DNA from: a virus
Lineage: Duplodnaviria; Caudoviricetes
DNA length: 64,000 nucleotides
Reading direction: 5' to 3' (one strand)
Virus record (IMG/VR): IMGVR_UViG_3300013109_000495
Location: 57,820 to 121,819 of that record
The notes below the pieces were generated by a model, which saw only the letters and a list, made by a program, of their open reading frames with translations, had not been told where the DNA came from and did no database searches. Each line of letters begins with the position of its first letter. Within the stretch, counting starts at the first letter, position 1. The translations under genes and the position numbers were made by a program. This document shows, piece by piece, positions 1 through 9,969 of the stretch.

Positions 1-782
1 CTTAATTGATTTCCAGTAACTAATAATCCATAATTGTTTGGTGTTATATAACTTTTTGAAATCATAGAACCATCGATTAATCCTTTTACAATTCCGCCAT
101 CATCGTCATAAACGCTCATAATAATTTTTTGTATTACACCTAATTTTGATACTTTAACAGGTGGAGATAACCATATAGGAATAGAAAATTGTAATGTTGC
201 AATATCAATTTCAGTATCTGCGCCAATTGGAATTGTTCTTGAACTAAACGTTGTGCTTGTTAATTCAACATAACTTAAACTAGTCCAATCTATATAATTG
301 TCTGTTTTTTGTATTTCAAAATCTGGATTAAAAAGATATAATATTTGTTCCATTATTTGTAATTTTTGATCTGTATTAGTTGTCCAAATATCTGCTGACA
401 CCTCTAATCTAAAAGGAGATGGCATTACTTTTTCAACTGTATAACCAGCACCTAATTGGTTATCATATTGTTTTGTAACTTCGTTATAATTTCGTTCTTT
501 TAAATGTTGCTTTTGAATATGATAAGGATTTTGCATTCTATCTCTTTCATAATTTAATTCTCTTACATAACAAGCAATTCTTGGTGCATATTGTAATGCG
601 TTTTCAGAATTATTTCTAATAATATTTGCAACTTGTCTAGTTGGATCTCCATATACAACCGGTACCGCTCTTAAAGTAACTGTATCATCTTTAGCTCTTC
701 CTGTTTCCACCGAAAAATTACTCAAAATACGAATAAATTGAGTTATAAATTTTCTTATTTGTCCGTCGTAAAAATGTAACAT
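1..782 (-). CDS. T4 gp15-like tail completion/sheath stabiliser (runs off left edge; not in ORF track)
   Basis: ATG at 782 overlaps the upstream TAA. Manual translation MLHFYDGQIRKFITQFIRILSNFSV...VPVVYGDPTRQ...MPSPFRLEVSADIWTTNTDQKLQIMEQILYLFNP resembles gp15. It follows the gp14-like gene. Confidence 0.75.
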   Translation of the reverse strand, partial: MLHFYDGQIRKFITQFIRILSNFSVETGRAKDDTVTLRAVPVVYGDPTRQVANIIRNNSENALQYAPRIACYVRELNYERDRMQNPYHIQKQHLKERNYNEVTKQYDNQLGAGYTVEKVMPSPFRLEVSADIWTTNTDQKLQIMEQILYLFNPDFEIQKTDNYIDWTSLSYVELTSTTFSSRTIPIGADTEIDIATLQFSIPIWLSPPVKVSKLGVIQKIIMSVYDDDGGIVKGLIDGSMISKSYITPNNYGLLVTGNQL

Positions 783-1942
783 TAATTGTCAGCCTTTGGT
801 TTTAATGCATCTGTTAATGATTGCCGCTGTTCTACTGTTAATCCATTTATTGTAGTTGAGCTTGACTGATTAACAAATTTAGTTTTCCAATTAGCTCTAG
901 TATCTGTATTTGTTGTAGTTAACCTAACTGAATCTTCAATCTTAACCCATCTGATTCCGTCAAAACGAAATAATCTATTTGGTAAAAAGTCTGTTCTTAA
1001 AAAATAATCACCATCGGCATAATTGTCTGGAAATGCTGTTCCAAATCCTGCTGGATGTCCGTTTGGTGCAACACCATCACCTCCCACATAAAAACCATAA
1101 TGTGAACCTGCAGGTGTATCTACTACTGCATTTATTGGTTTATCTGAGATTCTTTCTGTTGAATTTACATTATCGGTTCTAACATTTCCTCGTTCATCAA
1201 TTGGTGTAACATAATATTGTTTAAAATTAAATCCTGATTTAGGTGAATCTGCTTCTGCTTGTGCAACTATTTGATCACTAATTTCTTTTTCTTTATTATA
1301 TGTACTCATGTAACTTGCAAGAGAACCTGTATTAGTTGCATCACCAATTATATCTCTAAATTCTTGTGAATCTACTAACGTTTTCATTTTTAATCTTAAT
1401 AAATGTGGCCACCAAGTTTGTGAAAATCCTTCTGCCGCTCTGTTTACATCTTCTATTACATAATATCTTTTTAATGCAATTGGAATAGATGCATCTAACG
1501 AAAAATCTTCTTTCATGTGTGGAAATTCAATAACATCACCTGACATTGGTTTTCTACCTATTCTTTCAACAACATCATTCATATGCACAGTTAAAAATAT
1601 AGTATCATTTTGTAAAAACATACCAAATTGTGAAAGATTAAAATCTATATCTTGCACATTATAAATTCCACGAAACGTATAGATATCTGATGAGTATTTT
1701 CTATCTCTATTTTCTAAAAATAATAAGTCTTGTATAGTAGTTTCGTTAATATTGCTCTGAGCACGTTGTGGTTGGGATGGTGATGGTGCACCATCTTTAG
1801 TCTCATCACTTTGATCATATGGTCCTAAATATTTGTGGAAATGTAAATCAGTGCCTCCAACCGTAAACATCTCTTTAATAGTACGATCAAAGAATTTATA
1901 ATCATTTCCTTTTTCTGGTTTATATAGTGACAATCTTGGCAT
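782..1942 (-). CDS. Neck/head-closure protein, T4 gp14-like
   Basis: DLLFLENRDRKY, LSQFGMFLQND and GDVIEFPH motifs; lies between the gp15-like and gp13-like genes. Confidence 0.65.
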   Translation of the reverse strand: MPRLSLYKPEKGNDYKFFDRTIKEMFTVGGTDLHFHKYLGPYDQSDETKDGAPSPSQPQRAQSNINETTIQDLLFLENRDRKYSSDIYTFRGIYNVQDIDFNLSQFGMFLQNDTIFLTVHMNDVVERIGRKPMSGDVIEFPHMKEDFSLDASIPIALKRYYVIEDVNRAAEGFSQTWWPHLLRLKMKTLVDSQEFRDIIGDATNTGSLASYMSTYNKEKEISDQIVAQAEADSPKSGFNFKQYYVTPIDERGNVRTDNVNSTERISDKPINAVVDTPAGSHYGFYVGGDGVAPNGHPAGFGTAFPDNYADGDYFLRTDFLPNRLFRFDGIRWVKIEDSVRLTTTNTDTRANWKTKFVNQSSSTTINGLTVEQRQSLTDALKPKADN

Positions 1943-1949
1943 ATACCTA

Positions 1950-1957
1950 TATTTATA
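1950..1957 (-). promoter_or_regulatory. T4-type late promoter box TATAAATA
   Basis: Exact TATAAATA on the minus strand, 7 nt before the ATG at 1942. Confidence 0.7.
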
Positions 1958-1971
1958 GATAGTAAAAGAAC

Positions 1972-1979
1972 TATAAATA
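1972..1979 (+). promoter_or_regulatory. T4-type late promoter box TATAAATA
   Basis: Exact TATAAATA, divergent from the 1950 box, 5 nt before the ATG at 1985. Confidence 0.7.
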
Positions 1980-2746
1980 TGAGTATGTCAGAACTACAAA
2001 CAGGTCAACAAGAAGTATTTGAGTACGTTAAAGCAAATCTCGGCGAGGGAATGATTGACGTTGAATTAGACCCTAAACACTACCAAATAGCACTCGAAAG
2101 AGCAATTAATAGATATAGACAGCGTTCTTCAAACGCAGTTGAGGAATCTTATGCTTTTTTAGTACTTAAAGAAAATCAAAATACTTACATTTTACCTGAC
2201 GAAGTAATTAATGTTAGAAAATTATTTCGTAGAACGGTTGGCTCTCGTACAGAAGGTGGCGAAGGTGGAACACTTTTTGAACCGTTTAATCTTGCATATA
2301 CTAACACATACTTGTTAAGAGCGGGAGCAACTGGAGGTCTTGCAACTTACTATGCTTTTGCATCTTATCAAGAATTAATTGGAAAACTATTTGGAAGTTT
2401 TATTCAATTTCATTTTGACGTAGCAACTAAAAAACTTACAATTACACAAAGACCACGTGCAGATAACGAAAGTGTTTTAATGCATACTGACAACTTTAGA
2501 CCGGATATAACACTCTTTAAAGACATCTATTCAAAACCATGGATTAGAGATTACACACTAGCAATATGCAAAGTAATGTTAGGTGAAGCAAGAGGTAAAT
2601 TTAATACTATTGCTGGTCCACAAGGTGGTACATCACTTAATGGTGCTGATCTAAAACAAGGCGGATTAGCTGATATGGAAAAACTTGACCAAGAAATTAA
2701 CAATTTCGCAGAAGGTGGCACACCACATAGTTTTGTTATAGGTTAA
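1979..2746 (+). CDS. Neck protein, T4 gp13-like (probable start 1985)
   Basis: LGEGMIDVELD, WIRDYTLAICK...GEARGKF and GGTSLNGADLK match the gp13 pattern. Confidence 0.75.
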   Translation: MSMSELQTGQQEVFEYVKANLGEGMIDVELDPKHYQIALERAINRYRQRSSNAVEESYAFLVLKENQNTYILPDEVINVRKLFRRTVGSRTEGGEGGTLFEPFNLAYTNTYLLRAGATGGLATYYAFASYQELIGKLFGSFIQFHFDVATKKLTITQRPRADNESVLMHTDNFRPDITLFKDIYSKPWIRDYTLAICKVMLGEARGKFNTIAGPQGGTSLNGADLKQGGLADMEKLDQEINNFAEGGTPHSFVIG

Positions 2747-2778
2747 TTCATTATCAATTCATTTTAAATACCGATACT

Positions 2779-2979
2779 ATGCCGAAGATAAAAGTAGAAG
2801 TTACACCCGATAAACGTTATCGAAGTTATAAAGATTTATCTTATACCGAACTAAAAGAGTTGGTAAAAAGTTTAGAGTCTGACTCCAAACGAGCCAAACA
2901 AAATCCAACATTACGAAACCAAATTCTTGGTGCTGTTATTGAAGCAAAAACAGAGATTGCAAAACGTATTATAAAATAG
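2779..2979 (+). CDS. Hypothetical small basic protein
   Basis: 66-aa ORF filling the gap, with TAAATA 8 nt upstream. Confidence 0.55.
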   Translation: MPKIKVEVTPDKRYRSYKDLSYTELKELVKSLESDSKRAKQNPTLRNQILGAVIEAKTEIAKRIIK

Positions 2980-2985
2980 TATAAT
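2957..2985 (+). promoter_or_regulatory. sigma70-like promoter
   Basis: TTGCAA-17-TATAAT, 6 nt before ATG 2992. Confidence 0.6.
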
Positions 2986-2991
2986 CATTTA

Positions 2992-3588
2992 ATGTTAATA
3001 GGATTAGTAGGACCAATTAATTCTGGCAAGGATACCGTTGCAGATAGATTAGTGATAAAACATGGTTATAAAAGAGATAGTTTTGCAAAAAGTTTAAAAG
3101 ATGCAGTTAGCTCAATGTTTAATTGGGACAGAGAAATGTTAGAAGGTAATACTGAATCTAGTAGACATTGGCGAGAACAACCTGATAAATTTTGGAGTGA
3201 AAAAATGGGTAAAGAAGTTACACCAAGAATAATATTACAGCAATTTGGTACTGAAATTATGCGTGGTCAAATGTATGATGGGATATGGGTTGATTCTGTT
3301 ATTGGAAGATACAAAGGTGAAAAAACTGTTATTTCTGATACACGATTTCAAAACGAAATTAAAACTATTAAAGCACATGGTGGTGTAATTGTTCTTGTAA
3401 AAAGAGAAGAAATACCTACTAGAGAAGAAATGCAAAAACAAGGCGCACACCAATCTGAATGGGATTGGATTGGGTCTGATTTTGATTATATTATTGATAA
3501 TACAAGTAGTTTAGAAGGATTAAATGCTCATATAGATCATTTTATTGATCAGCTACAAGGTCACCCATCTTCCAACGTAACTTCCTAA
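2992..3588 (+). CDS. Deoxynucleoside monophosphate kinase (T4 gp1-like)
   Basis: P-loop GPINSGKDT, plus SFAKSLKD, LQQFGTE, DTRFQNE and HQSE. Confidence 0.85.
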   Translation: MLIGLVGPINSGKDTVADRLVIKHGYKRDSFAKSLKDAVSSMFNWDREMLEGNTESSRHWREQPDKFWSEKMGKEVTPRIILQQFGTEIMRGQMYDGIWVDSVIGRYKGEKTVISDTRFQNEIKTIKAHGGVIVLVKREEIPTREEMQKQGAHQSEWDWIGSDFDYIIDNTSSLEGLNAHIDHFIDQLQGHPSSNVTS

Positions 3589-3943
3589 CACTAGCTAATC
3601 GTTGACAGTTAGCACATACCGTTTTTAAATTGTGAAAAGCACAGTTATTTTTATTACCATCTACAAAAAACACATCTAGTTGTAAAGGTTCTTGTGCTTT
3701 AAATCCACATAATTCACAGTTACTTCTCTTTCTATAACCTGAACGTTGTAATGGCGTTACACCACCTATACGAAGCTTTTTCTTTTTTCGAATACAAGTA
3801 TCACATAAACTACGCCAATAAACTTTTTTTCCTCGTCTATAACCCATAGCTCTAACTTTTACTTTACACTGTTTACATAACGGCCTGGTGCCTATAAATG
3901 GTTTAATAGATCTTAACATTTGGTACCTATATATAATATACAA
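3542..3943 (-). CDS. HNH-fold Zn-binding protein lacking catalytic His (probable start 3919)
   Basis: Four CxxC pairs; QLDVFFVDGNKNN...NLKTVCANCQR aligns with HNH DVHHIDGNxxNN...LCxNCH. Confidence 0.7.
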   Translation of the reverse strand: MYIIYRYQMLRSIKPFIGTRPLCKQCKVKVRAMGYRRGKKVYWRSLCDTCIRKKKKLRIGGVTPLQRSGYRKRSNCELCGFKAQEPLQLDVFFVDGNKNNCAFHNLKTVCANCQRLASVRKLRWKMGDLVADQ

Positions 3944-3974
3944 TTGTATTTACGTAACCTATATAGGTACCAAA
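3919..3974. repeat. Perfect 15-bp inverted repeat
   Basis: TTTGGTACCTATATA (3919-3933) / TATATAGGTACCAAA (3960-3974), 26-nt spacer. Confidence 0.9.
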
Positions 3975-4055
3975 ATTAGTAAAATAAAGTCATATTTTAC
4001 GTAAGATGTAATAAATAGTTCTAGTAATACACGACTTGCAAGGAGAATTGATAAT

Positions 4056-7000
4056 ATGGCATTAACATCACCAGGAGTAGAAGTTTCAGTAATAAATGAA
4101 AGTTTCTATGTACCATCAGATGCGGGTACAACACCACTTTTTATAGTAGCATCAGGACAAGATAAAGCACCAGGATCAGGATCAGGCACGGCGGATGGAA
4201 CAACAACTGCCAATGCCAACACTGCTTATCTAATTTCATCTCAAAGAGAATTAACAGAAACCTTTGGCGATCCAAAATTTTATACAGACTCTTCATCTAA
4301 TCCATTACATGGATATGAATTAAATGAATGGGGACTACAAGCGGCATATTCTTTCTTAGGACTTGCCAACAGAGCATACGTATTACGAGCAAATGTAAAC
4401 TTAACAGATTTAATCGGAAGTGCAACATCACCAACTGCAAACCCATCAGATGGAACATATTGGTTTGACCTTGCAACTTCTAGTTTTGGACTATTTGAAT
4501 GGTCACAAACAAATCAAAAATTTACAGCAAAAACACCAATTTTAATTACATCAGTATCTGACCTAGTTGAAAACTCTAGCACAGGTGCACCTAAAACTTC
4601 AGTAGGTTCACAAGGTGATTATGCTATAAACACAACACACGTTTCAAACAAAATTTATTATAAAAATGCCTCAAATACTTGGGTTCATCTAGGATCAAAT
4701 GCATGGCATAATTCACATCCAGTAGTTTCAGTTGCATCAGGAACAACTGTTACAGGTGGACAAACAATGTCAATTAACGGTATTACTGTAACACCTGGTG
4801 GAACAGCATTATCCGATGTTGCAACAGCTATCAACACTGCTAATGCAGGTGGAGTTACTGCAAGTGTAAACGGCACAACAGGTAACTTAGAAATATTCCA
4901 CAATGGTGGAGCATTTGGTGATTCAACTGCAGGTTTCAATACAATTAGATTTGAAGAAGGAAATGGAGTATTAGCGGCTTTAGGAATTACAGCGGCAACA
5001 TACAAAGGTCCAAGATTCCAACAATCAGCACACACTAGCAGACCAACTTGGAAAACCGCAGATCAAAACAGACCTAATGGTTCTGTTTGGGCTAAAACAA
5101 CATCAGCAAATAGTGGAGCAAACATGATTGCTAAACTTTACAGCACATCAAGTGGGGCTTTTGCAAGTGTAAGTGCACCATTATACGCAAACAATCATTC
5201 AGCAATTTACAATATAGATCCAACAAACGGTGGAACAACTATTGCAGTTGGATCACTTTATACACAGTACAACATAACTGAACAAAGTGTAGATGGACAA
5301 GCAGATAATACACCAAATGTAGGTGATTCACAATTATTTAGATATGAAGGTGGAACAACTAGTATTCAATCTAGAAATACTAATCCAAGTACCACAGCAG
5401 GTGAAACATTTACAGTTAGAGAATCATTAAAAAACCAAGAAGCATTAGATACTGCTAAAACAGTTACTATGGTTTCTGGAGATGGTTCAACACTAGGTGA
5501 TGCAGATGACTTTATAACAGCATTTGCGGCGGCTGGTTTTACAAACTTAACAGCAACAAAAATTACAGAAGGTGAATACACGGGTGCAATTAAAATTACA
5601 CACGCATTAGGTGGTGATTTTAGAATGAATAACACATCAGGTACTCCATTAGATGATGTTGGTTTTGGTACAGGTTCAGCACACGCATACGGAACTTATA
5701 CTGCAAACAGTACAACTTTAATTGATAACTTATATGTTACACCAACGGGTGATTCAGAAGATTCAACTGTAGGTAATGAAGTAATGGCTTCTAATTGGAA
5801 GAGATTATCTTACACAGCATCTATAAATTCACCAAGTAATGAACCAACAGATGGTACATTATGGTATGACACAAACATTGATTCAGCAGATATCATGACA
5901 CATAACGGAACGACTTGGAAAGGATATGCAACTGTATATACATTAACTGATCCAAATGGTCCTCAATTTTCAGCAACAGCACCAACTACACAATCAGATG
6001 GTACTGGTCTTGTTGATAATGACTTATGGATTGATACAAGCGATTTAGAAAATTATCCAAAACTTTACAAATATAACACTTCAGCAACATTAAGTTCAAC
6101 TAATACATCTAATAATGTAGCAGTTACAACAACTGGTGCGGCGTGGGTACTAGTAGACAAAGCAGATCAAACAACAGAAGATGGTATTGTTTTTGCAGAT
6201 GCTAGATGGCAAACAAGTACAGAAAAAAATGCAAATAATAGTACACAGGCGGGAACAGCATCTTCAATTAAAAATTTATTAAGTGATAATTTCTTAGATC
6301 CAGATGCTCCAAATCCAGCTTTATATCCACAAGGTATAATGTTATGGAATACAAGACGTTCTGGTTACAATGTTAAGGAATACAAAAACAGCTATATAAC
6401 AACTACAAAATATCCAAGTTCAGGATCAAATGGATTAGGTAACATTAGATACAACAACGAATCAGTTGCAGGTTACTTTCCTGATAGATGGATTACAAAA
6501 TCAACTAACAAACCTGATGGCTCTGGATGTTTTGGAAGAAAAGCACAAAGACAAGTTGTTATAAAACAATTAAAATCTGAAATAGATACTAACCAAGCAA
6601 TAAGAGAAGATCAAAGAGGATTTAACGTAATTGCTTGTCCTGGTTATCCAGAAGCGATACAAAATATGATCAACTTAAACATTGATCGAAACTATACAGC
6701 ATTTGTAATTGGTGATTCTCCAATGAGATTAGAAGGTACAGCAACAGCAATTCAAGATTGGGCAAATAATACTGCAGGAGCTACTGATAACGGTGAAGAC
6801 GGATTAATAAGTGCAAGTGATTACTTGGGTGTATTTTATCCATCAGGATATAGTACAGACAATTCAGGTAACAAAATTGTTGTCCCATCATCACATATGA
6901 TGATTAGAACATTAGCGAACAACGATAATCTTTCATATCCATGGTTTGCACCAGCAGGTACAAGACGTGGTGTAGTAGACAATGCAACAGCAGTTGGATA

Positions 7001-7481
7001 TATTGACACAAGTTCAGGTGAATTTAAAACAATATCTGTTACAGAGTCAATAAGAGATTCGATGCATACAGTCAAAGTTAATCCAATTACTTTCTTCTCA
7101 GGAGCAGGAATTGTTAACTTTGGTAACTTAACAAAAACATCAGCAAGTTCGGCATTAGATAGAATCAATGTTTCTAGATTAGCAGTGTATCTAAGAAGTC
7201 AATTAGACGCAATTGCTAAACCATTTATTTTTGAACCAAATGATGAATTAACTAGAAACGAAATTAAAGGTGCAATCGAATCATTCTGTTTAGAACTAGT
7301 TGGACAAAGAGCATTATATGACTTCTTAGTAGTTTGTGATGAAACAAATAACACAGCAACAAGAATAGACAGAAACGAATTGTATGTTGATATAGCAATT
7401 GAACCAGTTAAATCAGTTGAATTTATTTACATACCTTTAAGAATCAAAAACACAGGAGAAATAGCAAAATTAGGGAACTAA
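4056..7481 (+). CDS. Contractile tail sheath protein (gp18-like) with large internal insertion
   Basis: MALTSPGVEVSVINES N-terminus; PWFAPAGTRRG, ALDRINVSRL, FIFEPND and PVKSVEFIYI; TAAATA at 4012 and AGGAG SD. Confidence 0.95.
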   Translation: MALTSPGVEVSVINESFYVPSDAGTTPLFIVASGQDKAPGSGSGTADGTTTANANTAYLISSQRELTETFGDPKFYTDSSSNPLHGYELNEWGLQAAYSFLGLANRAYVLRANVNLTDLIGSATSPTANPSDGTYWFDLATSSFGLFEWSQTNQKFTAKTPILITSVSDLVENSSTGAPKTSVGSQGDYAINTTHVSNKIYYKNASNTWVHLGSNAWHNSHPVVSVASGTTVTGGQTMSINGITVTPGGTALSDVATAINTANAGGVTASVNGTTGNLEIFHNGGAFGDSTAGFNTIRFEEGNGVLAALGITAATYKGPRFQQSAHTSRPTWKTADQNRPNGSVWAKTTSANSGANMIAKLYSTSSGAFASVSAPLYANNHSAIYNIDPTNGGTTIAVGSLYTQYNITEQSVDGQADNTPNVGDSQLFRYEGGTTSIQSRNTNPSTTAGETFTVRESLKNQEALDTAKTVTMVSGDGSTLGDADDFITAFAAAGFTNLTATKITEGEYTGAIKITHALGGDFRMNNTSGTPLDDVGFGTGSAHAYGTYTANSTTLIDNLYVTPTGDSEDSTVGNEVMASNWKRLSYTASINSPSNEPTDGTLWYDTNIDSADIMTHNGTTWKGYATVYTLTDPNGPQFSATAPTTQSDGTGLVDNDLWIDTSDLENYPKLYKYNTSATLSSTNTSNNVAVTTTGAAWVLVDKADQTTEDGIVFADARWQTSTEKNANNSTQAGTASSIKNLLSDNFLDPDAPNPALYPQGIMLWNTRRSGYNVKEYKNSYITTTKYPSSGSNGLGNIRYNNESVAGYFPDRWITKSTNKPDGSGCFGRKAQRQVVIKQLKSEIDTNQAIREDQRGFNVIACPGYPEAIQNMINLNIDRNYTAFVIGDSPMRLEGTATAIQDWANNTAGATDNGEDGLISASDYLGVFYPSGYSTDNSGNKIVVPSSHMMIRTLANNDNLSYPWFAPAGTRRGVVDNATAVGYIDTSSGEFKTISVTESIRDSMHTVKVNPITFFSGAGIVNFGNLTKTSASSALDRINVSRLAVYLRSQLDAIAKPFIFEPNDELTRNEIKGAIESFCLELVGQRALYDFLVVCDETNNTATRIDRNELYVDIAIEPVKSVEFIYIPLRIKNTGEIAKLGN

Positions 7482-7511
7482 TTTTTGGATAAATATTAGG
7501 AGATAAAAATT

Positions 7512-8138
7512 ATGGCAATATCAACACTTTCAAAATTTACAGTACCTTTAGCAAACGATCAAAGTTCAGCATCACAAGGCTTATTGATGCCAAAACTACA
7601 ATATCGTTTTAGATGTATCCTAGAAAATTTTGGAGTATCAACACCAAGATCAGAAATTACAAAACAAGTAATGGATGTTACAAGACCAAACTTAACTTTT
7701 GATAACGTAACATTAGATGTTTACAACTCAAGAGTTTATATGGCAGGTAAACACGTTTGGGATCCAATTACAATTACAATAAGAGATGACGTTAATAATT
7801 CAGTTACTAAACTTGTTGGCGAACAAATTCAAAAACAATTTGATTTCTTTGAACAATCAAGTGCGGCATCTGGTATTGATTACAAATTTACAACTAGAAT
7901 TGAAATGCTTGACGGTGGAGGTGGATCATCTACACCAAACGTATTAGAAACATTTGAATTATATGGTGCGTATGTTGAAAACGTAAACTATAATACACTA
8001 GCATATGCAACTTCTGATCCAGCAACAATTACAATGTCTATAAGATACGACAACTGTATACAAACACCACAAGGTACAGGAATTGGTACAGCAGTATCAA
8101 GAACAATCGGTACACTAGCAACAGGTGGTGGACAATAA
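7512..8138 (+). CDS. Tail tube protein (gp19-like)
   Basis: PKLQYRFR, AGKHVWDPITITIRDD and ELYGAY; directly after the sheath; TAAATA at 7490 and AGGAG SD. Confidence 0.85.
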   Translation: MAISTLSKFTVPLANDQSSASQGLLMPKLQYRFRCILENFGVSTPRSEITKQVMDVTRPNLTFDNVTLDVYNSRVYMAGKHVWDPITITIRDDVNNSVTKLVGEQIQKQFDFFEQSSAASGIDYKFTTRIEMLDGGGGSSTPNVLETFELYGAYVENVNYNTLAYATSDPATITMSIRYDNCIQTPQGTGIGTAVSRTIGTLATGGGQ

Positions 8139-8164
8139 AATTTAACTTGCAATTATAATGAAAG

Positions 8165-8189
8165 AAGCGCCTTTAACGGCGCTTTTTTT
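8165..8189 (+). terminator. Rho-independent terminator
   Basis: AAGCGCC-tttaac-GGCGCTT followed by a T run. Confidence 0.85.
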
Positions 8190-8209
8190 ATGGCTATAAA
8201 TACAAGGGT

Positions 8210-9592
8210 ATGCCAAGTATTAATAGTTTTCTTAAAGGATTTCAAGACGGCCTTCCAGGAATGAAGGATTTCCGTCATGCTTCACGATTATATATTGACG
8301 ATCATTTTAAACTTGCACCAAAACAAAAATTTCTCTTTCATGTAGTATTAACACTTAATGACGTTGTAACTCAAAGAAAATTTACTCCTAATGAATTAAT
8401 AGAATTGAATATGCTAGTAAAAAGCTGTGAACTTCCTCGTTACAATATGAACATAGAGGAAAAAACTCAATATAATAAAAAAATGTATACAGCAACACGT
8501 ATCGCATATGATCCTATAAACATTACATTTCATGATGATCATGCTGATACTGTAAATGCTTTTTGGAAAAAATATTATGAATATAATGTTGCAGATTCAG
8601 TACATCTTAATGAAGAACTTGCAGAAAAATATGCTAAAGATGATTATTATACAACAAATAGAAAAACTACAAAGTGGGGTTTAGATACTCCTAAACAAAG
8701 TAAACTTCCATTTATAAAAAATATTGAAATTTTTGTATTACACAAACAAAGATTTACATCATTTAGATTGATTAATCCTGTTATTGGTTCATTTAATCAT
8801 GACAATTTAGACCAAGCAGATGGAACTGGTATTATGCAAAATACAATGCAAGTTTTATATGAAACTGTAAGATACAAAGCAGGAGTGGTTGGAAAATCGG
8901 CAATAACAGGATGGGCTACATTACACTATGATAATGAGCCTTCACCTTTAAGTGTATTAGGTAAAGGTACAAATTCTCTTTTTGGTCCTGGGGGTGTTGT
9001 GGATGGCATTGGTTCTGTAATAGGTATGGCTAGAGAAGGAAATATTTTAGGTGCAATTATTGGTGCGTCAAACACATATAATAATGCTAAAAAAATGAAA
9101 AAATCAGCGGTCAAAGAAGAATTAAAAGGAATTGTTAAAGAAGGTGTTTTAGAAGTTGGCAAACAAGCAGGTACAATTACAAATCCTGTTGGTTCTTTTG
9201 CAGTTGGCGCCGTGGCGGCAACAGCACTAACTCTTGCAACTGCAAAAGGTACAGTCGATAATAAAAATCGACAAAATACAACAGTAATATCGGCTCCACA
9301 ATTAGATACTGTAAATTTTCTTACACCAGATGAATCTTATACTCTTATAACAACAAACACAACCGTAAGAGATGCAATCGCGGCAGGTATATATTATAAA
9401 GACATTGGTTCTCGAAAAGGTTTAACAGTAGCAGAAAGTGACATAGAATATTCAGGCTCTCTTGATACAACAAAAACAGTATATAGAGCTAAAGCAAATA
9501 CAGATATTCGTAAACTTGTAACAGAAGGATATATAAAAATTAATAGAGATACACAAAACGTATCTATTATAACTGAAAAGGCAAACTTATAA
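8210..9592 (+). CDS. Tail tube-like baseplate/tube initiator protein (gp48/gp54-like)
   Basis: Tube-fold N-terminus (VKSCELP, YDPINITFHDD); TATAAATA at 8195-8202. Confidence 0.6.
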   Translation: MPSINSFLKGFQDGLPGMKDFRHASRLYIDDHFKLAPKQKFLFHVVLTLNDVVTQRKFTPNELIELNMLVKSCELPRYNMNIEEKTQYNKKMYTATRIAYDPINITFHDDHADTVNAFWKKYYEYNVADSVHLNEELAEKYAKDDYYTTNRKTTKWGLDTPKQSKLPFIKNIEIFVLHKQRFTSFRLINPVIGSFNHDNLDQADGTGIMQNTMQVLYETVRYKAGVVGKSAITGWATLHYDNEPSPLSVLGKGTNSLFGPGGVVDGIGSVIGMAREGNILGAIIGASNTYNNAKKMKKSAVKEELKGIVKEGVLEVGKQAGTITNPVGSFAVGAVAATALTLATAKGTVDNKNRQNTTVISAPQLDTVNFLTPDESYTLITTNTTVRDAIAAGIYYKDIGSRKGLTVAESDIEYSGSLDTTKTVYRAKANTDIRKLVTEGYIKINRDTQNVSIITEKANL

Positions 9593-9969
9593 TGGCAAAT
9601 TCTTATACAAACCTACCTCCTAAAGATAAAAATCAGTTAGATAAAACAATTGAAAAATTAACTACATCAAATTATCAAGAAGAATTTCAATTTAACGTTG
9701 GTGAATATGACGCGGCAATTGCCTTTTTTGTTAAAAGAGGATTTTCAAGAAGTGCGGCCGAAACAACTGCTTATATAATTTTACAACAAGCAAAAATAGA
9801 TTCGGTAAGTCCTCAACAAATTTTAGATCAACTTACAGTCTCCTCTCCAGCTCAACTTTCTGAATTAATAACAATTATATTAAATGCCAATAGATATAAA
9901 TCAAGTAGATTAGGAGTAAGGCAAACTCGTACAACGAAAGATACTGTGTCTAGAAACATTCTAGACTAA
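9592..9969 (+). CDS. Hypothetical protein (tail module)
   Basis: Translationally coupled on both sides (TAATG). Confidence 0.6.
   Translation: MANSYTNLPPKDKNQLDKTIEKLTTSNYQEEFQFNVGEYDAAIAFFVKRGFSRSAAETTAYIILQQAKIDSVSPQQILDQLTVSSPAQLSELITIILNANRYKSSRLGVRQTRTTKDTVSRNILD

Noticed and set aside
4685-7168. Minus-strand ORFs inside the sheath gene (and similar ones inside TerL, uvsX, dctP and others)
   Set aside because: Antisense shadows of codon-biased real genes, with no motifs or start signals.
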